From positions 20,130-84,129 of the forward strand of contig JAUNNI010000003.1 in assembly GCA_030531555.1 (NCBI GenBank): DNA of 64,000 nt. The letters are read 5' to 3'. Each line of letters opens with the position of its first letter. The first letter of the stretch is position 1. The DNA comes from Eubacteriales bacterium. GTDB taxonomy: Bacteria; Bacillota; Clostridia; Lachnospirales; Lachnospiraceae. Below the pieces are notes generated by a model, which was not told the DNA's origin, made no database searches, and saw only the letters and a program-made list of their open reading frames with translations. Made by a program: the position numbers and the translations under genes. Positions 1 to 8,134 of the stretch are shown here, piece by piece.

Positions 1-2480
1 CCAATGATTCGGCGAAAGGCTTGCTGTTCTACAATTATACAGCATTTCATATGTTCTCCAAAAAGACGATCCCTCTGTGTCTATGGGCAGTGGATGAAGA
101 AAGCGGTGTTGATGCCATCACCTATGCTTATTGGAATAAGGAGGGAAAGATAGTGGAGAAAACATGGAAGAATGATCATTTCTCCAATACATTTTCTAAG
201 GTAGCTAATCTGGATCTGGATGATTTTCAAGGGTGGATTTCAATGAAAGCAATCAATGGACGAGGGCTGGAATGTGAAGAAATCAAGAGTCCTTCATTTC
301 TCTGGGAATCCAAAGAGACACATGAAAAACTTTCTCATATCAAATTGAATTTGGAAAAAGCAGTTTATACAGATGAAAAAGAAAAAATAAAGTATTATCG
401 GGAAAAGCCAGATATCTTTGTGGAAGGTGCAGATGAGTATTCGGGGATTGCCAAAAGTTATGTAAAAGCCACTTTTGGTAATGACGATGATAAGGAAGAG
501 AAAAAATATAGTGATGGAAAGGAGATTACCTATCACTACAAGCAAAAATATGATCTCTCTTTCCAACATATGAATACATCCAATGAGAAAAAAGCAATTA
601 GAATCACAGCTGGTTTTACCGATAATGCTGGTCATAGCAGCAAATATGACAGTTATGATTATGGCATCGTGGTGGATCGAAAAAATCCGGAAATCTCGGT
701 ATCTTATGATCAGAATGAGGAAAACTCTTATTATAAGGAGACAAGAACTGCTACCGTTACTGTGGAGGATCTTAATCTAAATATTAATACGATTGATTGG
801 AAGATAGAAGGACCGAAAAATGGGTATGAAATTGGAAAATGGCATAGAGAAGGAAATCACTATTATTGCCATGTTATTTTCTCAAAAGATGGGAAGTACC
901 GTTTGGGATTAAATGTCTCTGATTTTTCAGGCAATAAAGCAAGTTTTAAAGAAAAAGAATCCTTCTATATGGATAAAACAGTTCCGCAAATACGCTTATG
1001 GATGAACGTGCAGGATGTGTGCCATGAGAAATATTATAATAAGGGAAAATCCGTGTATATTCTGGTGAAAGATGAGCACATGGACATGAGGGAAATCAAT
1101 GTGTATTCTGGCAAGAAAAGATATCCGGTTTCACTTGTTATGAAGGAAAATACAATTCCAGGCGGATCGATAGGAATCATGCGTCAGGCAGGATGGAGTG
1201 TTTATGTAGTGAATCTTACAAAAGATGGGTGTTATCAATTGCAGGCTTCCTGTGTAGATCAGGCTGGAAACTTATCTGGGAAAGTAAGAATGAATCCCTT
1301 CATCATTGACCAAAAGGCCCCGATTATAGCTTTTGAGCATTTGAAAGCACAGATCACTTATAGTGATATCGTAAATCCAAAGATTCTTATGGAAGATTCT
1401 TATCTGGATGCCAAAGATTGCACAGTGGAAATTTACAGAAGAAATGGAATAAAGGCGGGGTTCCTTGATAAAAGAATAATTCGAACCAGTGGAAAAACAA
1501 ACAGTGTTTTCCATATGGAGGATTTTCCTAGAAAACAAGAGTATGATAACGGATATCTTTTAAAAGTGATAGCAAAGGATCTGGCTGGGAATCAGAAGAT
1601 GTCAGAGATTCCTTTTTATGTAAACCGATTTGGTGTGAGATATGATATCACGGAAGAAAGCAAAAAATATTTAAAACACTATTACCATAAGAAAGAGAAG
1701 GATCTTACAGTGAAAGCATACTCTCTTCATCCATTGTCAACCGATGTGATTATGACGGTGAATGATGGAGAAATTATTGTGCTAAATAGCAAGGATTACG
1801 AAAAAGAATCCCGTAAGATAAAAAATAAGGATGGGGAATTTTCAAAAAATAAGAAGATCCTGCCTTCCAATATGACAGGATGGTATGAGACAACCTACCG
1901 TTTACCAAAAGAACTTTTTTCGGAAGAAGGAAATTATGAGATTGCTTTTAGCAGCGTGGAACAATGTGTTGGCGATAGCCATGGATTTGTAAAGGAAAGT
2001 GAAAATATAATGTGGACAGAACCGATTCAATTTGCCATTGATAAAACACCTCCAACGGTTGAGATTGGAGGATTAGATGAAAAAATCTATCCTTGCAATC
2101 GCCATAAATACACCATTACAGCCATGGACAATTACCGCTTAAGACGCGTTCGAATGCATGTCAGAAAGGACGGGATGGATTTCGTGAAAGATTACAAAGA
2201 GGCGGACTTTGATGAACTGCATCGAATCACCTCAGAGCTTACTTCATCTTCGAATTATCAGGTCATCGGTTACGAGGCATGGGATGAAGCGGGAAATGAG
2301 GCAAATATTTTAAATTCTTCTTTGGAAAAGAAAGTTCTTGTGACGGAAGAACCTATGGTTCAAGATATCAAAAAACGTTCTTTTGGTATCTTCTTTGCCA
2401 TTGTGCTTGCTTTTGCCGGATTATTGTTTTTGACGAGACATCGTTTTTTTGCTATATTAAAAAATAGTGAGAAGAAATAG
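1..2480 (+). CDS. Ig-like domain repeat surface protein with C-terminal membrane anchor (5' truncated by the window)
   Basis: Frame is open from base 3, so the TTG at 21 is probably not the real start. Recurrent D-x-x-x-P strand starts (DRKNPEI, DKTVPQI, DQKAPII, DKTPPTV) with D-x-A-G-N turns. C-terminal hydrophobic helix plus basic tail, no LPxTG. Confidence 0.7.
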   Translation, partial: NDSAKGLLFYNYTAFHMFSKKTIPLCLWAVDEESGVDAITYAYWNKEGKIVEKTWKNDHFSNTFSKVANLDLDDFQGWISMKAINGRGLECEEIKSPSFLWESKETHEKLSHIKLNLEKAVYTDEKEKIKYYREKPDIFVEGADEYSGIAKSYVKATFGNDDDKEEKKYSDGKEITYHYKQKYDLSFQHMNTSNEKKAIRITAGFTDNAGHSSKYDSYDYGIVVDRKNPEISVSYDQNEENSYYKETRTATVTVEDLNLNINTIDWKIEGPKNGYEIGKWHREGNHYYCHVIFSKDGKYRLGLNVSDFSGNKASFKEKESFYMDKTVPQIRLWMNVQDVCHEKYYNKGKSVYILVKDEHMDMREINVYSGKKRYPVSLVMKENTIPGGSIGIMRQAGWSVYVVNLTKDGCYQLQASCVDQAGNLSGKVRMNPFIIDQKAPIIAFEHLKAQITYSDIVNPKILMEDSYLDAKDCTVEIYRRNGIKAGFLDKRIIRTSGKTNSVFHMEDFPRKQEYDNGYLLKVIAKDLAGNQKMSEIPFYVNRFGVRYDITEESKKYLKHYYHKKEKDLTVKAYSLHPLSTDVIMTVNDGEIIVLNSKDYEKESRKIKNKDGEFSKNKKILPSNMTGWYETTYRLPKELFSEEGNYEIAFSSVEQCVGDSHGFVKESENIMWTEPIQFAIDKTPPTVEIGGLDEKIYPCNRHKYTITAMDNYRLRRVRMHVRKDGMDFVKDYKEADFDELHRITSELTSSSNYQVIGYEAWDEAGNEANILNSSLEKKVLVTEEPMVQDIKKRSFGIFFAIVLAFAGLLFLTRHRFFAILKNSEKK

Positions 2481-2524
2481 TTAATATTGGATCAGGGAAA
2501 GGTAGAATCGCAGGTGGAAAGTCT

Positions 2525-2698
2525 ATGGATTTTCAGGTAGGACAATTAGTGAAGATGAAAAAACCACATCCTTGTGGTGGAAATGAATGGAAACTTTTGA
2601 GAGTTGGAATGGATTTTCGAATCCAATGCCTGAAATGTGGAAGAGAAGTTATGGTTCCACGAAAGCTAGTAGAAAAAAATTTTCGAGGTTTTCTTTAA
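2525..2698 (+). CDS. DUF951 family small protein (57 aa, absent from the ORF track)
   Basis: Translated by hand: MDFQVGQLVKMKKPHPCGGNEWKLLRVGMDFRIQCLKCGREVMVPRKLVEKNFRGFL. Has the KKPHPCG and CxxC motifs; this family typically lies upstream of rpsF. Confidence 0.9.
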   Translation: MDFQVGQLVKMKKPHPCGGNEWKLLRVGMDFRIQCLKCGREVMVPRKLVEKNFRGFL

Positions 2699-2701
2699 AA
2701 A

Positions 2702-2730
2702 TTGACTTGTTTTTATTAAGGCTCTATGAT
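2702..2730 (+). promoter_or_regulatory. sigma-A promoter of the rpsF operon
   Basis: TTGACT (2702-2707)-N17-TATGAT (2725-2730). Confidence 0.7.
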
Positions 2731-2754
2731 AGAATGGTTAACTGTAGTGTAAAA

Positions 2755-2800
2755 ATCCTTGCTCTTTCTTAAGAAAGGGCCGATCAAGACCAAAAGGAGG
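2755..2800 (+). promoter_or_regulatory. S6:S18 ribosomal protein leader
   Basis: TCCTT can pair with the rpsF SD (AAGGAGG). Inner hairpin GCTCTTTCTTAAGAAAGGGC followed by CCG. Lies directly upstream of rpsF. Confidence 0.7.
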
Positions 2801-2810
2801 TGCAGAAACC

Positions 2811-3098
2811 ATGAATAAGTATGAATTATGTCTGGTTGTAAATGCAAAAATCGAAGAAGACGCTAGAACAGAAGCCGTTGATAAAGTAAAAGCTTTAATC
2901 GAAAGATTCAACGGAACAATCACTAACGTTGATGAAGCTGGTAAGAAAAGATTAGCTTACGAGATTCAGAAAATGAGAGAAGGATATTACTTCTTCATCC
3001 AGTTCGATGCATCAAGTGATGCTCCAGCAGAAATTGAACGTCGTGTACGTATTATGGAGCCTATCATGAGATTTTTATGTGTTAGAGTAGACGCATAA
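2811..3098 (+). CDS. rpsF: 30S ribosomal protein S6
   Basis: MNKYELCLVV...GKKRLAYEIQK...EGYY. Confidence 0.98.
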   Translation: MNKYELCLVVNAKIEEDARTEAVDKVKALIERFNGTITNVDEAGKKRLAYEIQKMREGYYFFIQFDASSDAPAEIERRVRIMEPIMRFLCVRVDA

Positions 3099-3117
3099 AA
3101 CGAATAGGAGGAATTCC

Positions 3118-3618
3118 ATGAATAAAGTAATTTTGATGGGGCGTTTAACCCGTGATCCTGATGTCCGTCAGGGAGCAGGAGAAAACGGAATGCTCGTAGC
3201 AAGATATACTTTGGCAGTTGACAGAAGATTCAAAAGAGATGGTGGTCAGGATGCAGATTTCATTGGTTGTGTGGCTTTTGGCCGCAGCGCTGAGTTTGCT
3301 CAGAAGTACTTAAAACAGGGTACAAAGATCGCAATCACCGGTAGAATCCAGACAGGCAGTTACACAAACAGAGACGGTGTTAGAGTATACACCACGGATG
3401 TTGTTGTAGAAGAACAGGAATTTGCAGAAAGTAAAGCAAGCTCTGCGAACTACGGCGGCGGAGTTGCACAGGGTAACACAGGTTATCAGCAGGCACCATA
3501 TCAGGCGCCAGCAGCAAGTGCTCAGGCACCTGCTCGTCCTGACCCGGCAGAAGCAGCAAAAAACGGTGACTTTATGACAATCCCAGAAGGAATTGAAGAG
3601 GAACTGCCTTTTATCTAA
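3118..3618 (+). CDS. ssb: single-stranded DNA-binding protein
   Basis: MNKVILMGRLTRDP, GRIQTGSY, acidic C-terminal ELPF(I). Confidence 0.98.
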   Translation: MNKVILMGRLTRDPDVRQGAGENGMLVARYTLAVDRRFKRDGGQDADFIGCVAFGRSAEFAQKYLKQGTKIAITGRIQTGSYTNRDGVRVYTTDVVVEEQEFAESKASSANYGGGVAQGNTGYQQAPYQAPAASAQAPARPDPAEAAKNGDFMTIPEGIEEELPFI

Positions 3619-3646
3619 TTAATTAACGAATATGGAGGTAATATCA

Positions 3647-3907
3647 ATGGCATATAGCAAAGATCGTGGCGATTCTTCTATGAGAAGAAGAGGCGGCCGC
3701 AGAAGAAAAAAAGTTTGCATCTTTTGTGCAGATCAGAACGCAGTAATCGATTACAAGGATACAAACAGATTAAAAAGATACGTATCTGAAAGAGGTAAAA
3801 TCTTACCTAGAAGAATCACAGGAAGCTGTGCTAAACATCAGAGAGCTCTCACTGTAGCAATCAAGAGAGCAAGACACGTATCCTTAATGCCTTATACTGC
3901 AGAATAA
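3647..3907 (+). CDS. rpsR: 30S ribosomal protein S18 (zinc-binding C+ form)
   Basis: [29 protein letters not shown]. Start placed at ATG 3647, behind the GGAGG SD. Confidence 0.97.
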   Translation: MAYSKDRGDSSMRRRGGRRRKKVCIFCADQNAVIDYKDTNRLKRYVSERGKILPRRITGSCAKHQRALTVAIKRARHVSLMPYTAE

Positions 3908-3961
3908 TCCATCAGGGATTGTGGCAGCTTTGGCTGCATGAAAAAGTAAAAGGTTTGTGGT

Positions 3962-4110
3962 ATCAGATAACTGTATGATATATACGTTTCAAACAGCAAT
4001 CTAACGTAATCCATAAGAAGGCAACTGCTTTCTTATGAACAGACATCTGGCACTACAATAATTGAATACGATTATCTGAGGACTAAACCAAAAAGGTTTG
4101 GTCCTTTTTT
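3962..4110 (+). ncRNA. candidate structured small RNA (unassigned)
   Basis: Nested inverted repeats and its own intrinsic terminator, with no plausible ORF. See findings. Confidence 0.35.
4080..4110 (+). terminator. intrinsic terminator
   Basis: GGACTAAACC-AAAA-GGTTTGGTCC followed by T7. Confidence 0.85.
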
Positions 4111-4318
4111 CTTGCAATCTTCTTTCTAAATTCCTGTGTTTTTCTGAAAACCTTTACAAAGTGTCCAAGAGTTATGGAAATTATATTAATAAAACCTTAA
4201 TTTTTTATAAAAGGGCTTGAAAGGAACAAAAAAACAAGTTATACTTTGAAATAACATTAAAATTAGTTTACTATGGATTGGTTTTGTCTATTTTTGTACG
4301 TAGAAAGGAGGTACTTTG

Positions 4319-5148
4319 ATGTCAAAGATTCGGATTCCTCATGATGGAAAAGATTTGGAAGTGAATATTATTTTAGGCTCCTGGCGTTATGTCAAGCTTG
4401 TGGTCAATGATGATTTGTCCATTGATATGAAGGTACCTGTTGGAATGAAGCAGGATATGATTCATTCTTTCCTTGAAGCTAATAAGCGGGAATTGCTCCA
4501 GGAATACGACCGAAAGAAGAATCGTAACCATCAGGCGTTACCAATTACCATGGATCTGCAAGAAGGCAGATTGGTCTATCGCAACGGACTACAGATGCCA
4601 TTTCTTGGCAATATGGATTTGAAGCTCCGCATCCGCCATGTTCCTGAAGGGGAAGAAACCAAAGTTTTTGTAGATCAGATTTCCGAGCATGAAAGAGTTC
4701 TTACGATTCGTACTGATAATGATGATCAGGATTTCATCCGTTATTGTATCATGCGTTATTATAAAAAGTGTGCAACTGGAATTGTAAGACGTTATGTGAA
4801 AGAATTTTCTGAGAAACTTGGTTTATCTTATGGAAATATCCATATCACAAACCTTACGACAGGAGGTTCCCGTCTGGCCCTTCCAAAACTTCGATATAGC
4901 AACCTTACCGTAAAGAATCAGACTACTTTATGGGGACGTTGTACAAGAAGGCACACCTTAAAATTTGACTGGAAACTCGCGATGCTTCCAGAAGAAGTCA
5001 TTCAGTATATTATTGTACATGAGATGACCCATATGAAAAAATGAATCACTCTTCCGCTTTCTGGAGAGAAATTGAAAGTGTGATGCCAGAATATCAGGAA
5101 TGTCGAAATTGGCTTTCTAAACACGGAAAAGAATACGAAATTTTCTAA
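4319..5148 (+). pseudogene. YgjP/DUF45 (M48-like, SprT-like) zinc hydrolase with a frameshift at A6 (5036-5041)
   Basis: TLWGRC...LAMLPEEVIQYIIVHEMTH stops at 5044. The expected tail MNHSSAFWREIESVMPEYQECRNWLSKHG continues in another frame (5041-5148). Confidence 0.8.
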
Positions 5149-5179
5149 GGAAGGCTTCTAGACAAATGAAATCAAGGAT

Positions 5180-5216
5180 TACCCTCTTTGTCGCTTTGGC
5201 AAAGAGGGTATTTTTT
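5180..5216 (+). terminator. intrinsic terminator
   Basis: TACCCTCTTTGTC...GGCAAAGAGGGTA followed by T6. Confidence 0.85.
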
Positions 5217-5291
5217 AAAGAATAAAATAGAAATTTTTTCCAAATAAATAATTTTTAACAAGATATATAAGAAGAGAGAAGAATAGATATT

Positions 5292-6860
5292 ATGAAAGAA
5301 AAGAATCAGCAGGGAGAGACAATCCTTCATCCAATTCCTCCCTTATTTGACAAGGAATCCAGAATACTGATTTTAGGAAGCTTCCCCTCTGTAAAATCCA
5401 GGGAGGCAGCCTTTTTTTACGGACATCCACAAAATCGTTTTTGGAAATTGATGTCCAGACTTTTGTCGGAGGAATTTCCAGAAACAACAGAGGAAAGGGC
5501 AGCGCTCATGCATCGCAATCACATTGCAGTGTGGGATACCATTGCCAGCTGCAATATTGTGGGTTCTTCCGACAGTAGTATCAAAGACGTGGTTCCCAAC
5601 GACCTTTCCATAATTTTAGAGAATGCTCCTATTGAAAAAATCTACTGTAATGGAGCCAAATCTCATGAATATTATAAAAAATATATAGAGAAAGAAACTG
5701 GAATGCAGGCAATCAAGCTTCCTTCCACCAGCCCTGCCAATGCTGCCTGTAACATGGATAAATTAATTGATCAATGGAAGCAGATTTTGATTCCTTTGAA
5801 AATCGCGCCAGCAGGTATCGGAGATGTCCTGGTTCGCTGGTATGATTATAATGCCAGAATTCTTCCGTGGAGAAGCGATCCAACTCCATATCATGTATGG
5901 ATTTCAGAAATTATGCTGCAGCAGACCAGAGTGGAGGCAGTGAAAAAATATTATGAGCGTTGGATGGATGCCTTGCCTGATATTGCAAGCCTTGCAGCCA
6001 TTGATGACGATGAATTAATGAAACTGTGGGAAGGACTGGGATATTATAGCAGAGTAAGAAATATAAAAGCCGCAGCCATTACCGTCATGGAAGAGTATGG
6101 TGGCCAGCTTCCAGCGAATTACGATCAGCTACTTTCTCTGAAAGGAATCGGAGAGTACACGGCAGGTGCGATTTCCTCCATCGCATTTCATTTGCCAAAA
6201 GCAGCGGTGGATGGTAATGTTTTGCGAGTTTTTTCCAGAATTCTTGCAGAGGAAGGTAAGATTAACCAATCGAAGGTGAAAAAGACCTTGGAAAAAGAAG
6301 TTCTCCGTGTTATGCCAAAAGAACGTCCCGGGGACTTTAATCAGGCACTTATGGATCTTGGAGCAACCATTTGCCTGCCAAATGGAAAGCCGCTTTGTGA
6401 ACAGTGTCCATGGGAATCTGTCTGTCAGGCCCACAAAATGGACAGGGAGTGCGATTTTCCAATGAAAGAACAGAAAAAGCCGAGAAGAATTGAGGAAAAA
6501 GGGGTTTTCCTTATTGAATGGGAAGGAAAGATTTATCTTCATAAACGGCCAAAAAAAGGTCTTCTTGCGCAACTTTGGGAGTTTCCTAATTTTGAGGGAG
6601 CCTACACTTTAGAAAAAGCCAGAGAGAAGATTGAATCCTGGAATGGTGCCGATTATAAGATCCACTCCATGGGAGAAGGCAAGCACATATTCTCTCATGT
6701 TGAATGGCATATGACAGGTTATTATATCCGCCTCCTCGTTTTGTCTAAAAAAATGAAAAATTTGATCGAGGAAAAAGAGTGGATTCTGGTTTCCAAAGAA
6801 GAGGTAGAGAATACTTATGCGATTCCATCTGCGTTTGAGGCTTTTCGAAAACGTATATAG
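5292..6860 (+). CDS. mutY: fusion: N-terminal UDG-superfamily DNA-deoxyinosine (hypoxanthine) glycosylase + A/G-specific adenine glycosylase MutY
   Basis: N-terminal part: ILILGSFPSVKSR, FYGHPQNRFW, LPSTSPANA. MutY part: LPWR, SEIMLQQT, HhH motif LKGIGEYTAGAI, VDGNV, 4Fe-4S motif CLPNGKPLCEQCPWESVC, NUDIX-like tail. Confidence 0.9.
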   Translation: MKEKNQQGETILHPIPPLFDKESRILILGSFPSVKSREAAFFYGHPQNRFWKLMSRLLSEEFPETTEERAALMHRNHIAVWDTIASCNIVGSSDSSIKDVVPNDLSIILENAPIEKIYCNGAKSHEYYKKYIEKETGMQAIKLPSTSPANAACNMDKLIDQWKQILIPLKIAPAGIGDVLVRWYDYNARILPWRSDPTPYHVWISEIMLQQTRVEAVKKYYERWMDALPDIASLAAIDDDELMKLWEGLGYYSRVRNIKAAAITVMEEYGGQLPANYDQLLSLKGIGEYTAGAISSIAFHLPKAAVDGNVLRVFSRILAEEGKINQSKVKKTLEKEVLRVMPKERPGDFNQALMDLGATICLPNGKPLCEQCPWESVCQAHKMDRECDFPMKEQKKPRRIEEKGVFLIEWEGKIYLHKRPKKGLLAQLWEFPNFEGAYTLEKAREKIESWNGADYKIHSMGEGKHIFSHVEWHMTGYYIRLLVLSKKMKNLIEEKEWILVSKEEVENTYAIPSAFEAFRKRI

Positions 6861-6884
6861 CTTTAGAATAGAAATTAAATAAAC

Positions 6885-6968
6885 AGAGATATTGAAATAA
6901 TACAGACAGTCAGAAAAATAGAGACATTAAACTATACAGATAGTCAGAAAAAAGAGATATTAAAAAAA
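6885..6968 (+). repeat. imperfect ~34-bp tandem repeat, about 2.5 copies
   Basis: AGAGA(T/C)ATT at 6885, 6920 and 6953; TACAGA(C/T)AGTCAGAAAA at 6901 and 6935. Confidence 0.7.
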
Positions 6969-7023
6969 CAAAGTCTTTGTAAAAAAGTTTGAAGAATGAA
7001 TTTGACATAGTGAGGAGAAAAAC

Positions 7024-7803
7024 ATGAAATTTCGTCCATGTATAGATATTCATAATGGAAAAGTAAAACAAATCGTAGGAGGAAGCCTGCTGGATGAAGG
7101 GGACTTCGCGGAGGATAACTTCGTTTCGGAAAAAGATGGGGATTTTTATGCGAACCTGTACAAAAAAGCAGGGTTGATTGGCGGACATATTATTCTGCTG
7201 AACCCTGCAGGCAGTGAATATTATGAAGAAGATGTACGTCAGGCCTGTCTTGCTCTAAAGGCTTATCCTGGTGGGCTTCAGATTGGCGGTGGCATGAATG
7301 CTGACAATGCTGCCTTTTTCTTAGAACAGGGAGCAACCCATATTATCGTTACTTCCTATGTTTTTAAAAATGGAGCCATTAACTGGGAAAACCTTAAAAA
7401 GATGGTAAATGTAACAGGAAAAGAACATTTGGTACTTGATTTAAGCTGCAGAAAAAAAGACGGTCGTTACTATATTGTAACAGACCGTTGGCAGAAATTT
7501 ACGGATGTGCTTTTAAATCGTGAAACCTTGGAACAGTTATCCAGCTACTGCAGTGAGTTTTTAATTCATGCGGTGGACGTAGAAGGGAAGGCCAGCGGAA
7601 TCGAAGAAGAAATCGCAGCACTTCTTGGTGACTGGGATGGCATTCCTGTAACTTATGCCGGAGGCGTTGGATCCTTTGAGGATCTTCGTAAATTAAAAGA
7701 ATTGGGCAAAGGAAAGGTGGATGTGACCATTGGCAGTGCGTTAGATCTTTTTGGGGGAAACATGGCCTTTGAACAGGTGCTTTCTGTGATTGGAGAGCAG
7801 TAG
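7024..7803 (+). CDS. hisA: ProFAR isomerase, His6/eukaryote-like type
   Basis: N-terminus MKFRPCIDIHNGKVKQIVGGSL, plus LQIGGG, HAVDVEG and TIGSALD. Confidence 0.9.
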   Translation: MKFRPCIDIHNGKVKQIVGGSLLDEGDFAEDNFVSEKDGDFYANLYKKAGLIGGHIILLNPAGSEYYEEDVRQACLALKAYPGGLQIGGGMNADNAAFFLEQGATHIIVTSYVFKNGAINWENLKKMVNVTGKEHLVLDLSCRKKDGRYYIVTDRWQKFTDVLLNRETLEQLSSYCSEFLIHAVDVEGKASGIEEEIAALLGDWDGIPVTYAGGVGSFEDLRKLKELGKGKVDVTIGSALDLFGGNMAFEQVLSVIGEQ

Positions 7804-7892
7804 ATATTCTGAGAATGATTTGATTAAAATATATCCAAATAATAAGATATATAAACAATAAGACATATCCGAACAAGAGGAATTGTTGAACT

Positions 7893-8114
7893 GTGGGTAT
7901 ATACGTATAATTTGAATGCAGATTACCAAAGATTAAAGGTTTTTTGGGGGCGATTGGGTAAAAGAAAAGTGCAAAAAGTCAATATACCAACAAAAATAAG
8001 ATTTTCTAGAAAATCGTTGGTATATACAGATTTTTTGCACATTATTTTACCCAAAAACTAAGAATTGATTGAAATATTGGGTAAGAGAGAATAAATGGAG
8101 TAAATTATACCCAA
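7893..8114. repeat. array of eight 8-bp motifs (KT[GT]GGTAW-like) in alternating orientation, ~30.5-bp spacing
   Basis: Sites start at 7893(F), 7923(R), 7954(F), 7984(R), 8016(F), 8047(R), 8077(F), 8107(R). Confidence 0.75.
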
Positions 8115-8134
8115 AGTATAGGATTATCCATTTT

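Noticed and set aside
3986-4070. GTTTCAAAC...ATTGAATAC resembles CRISPR repeat ends
   Set aside because: No repeated unit, no spacers and no cas genes. Treated as a structured RNA candidate instead.
8000-8015. GATTTTCTAGAAAATC as a CodY box
   Set aside because: One base longer than AATTTTCWGAAAATT and not upstream of a gene. Kept only as part of the phased array.
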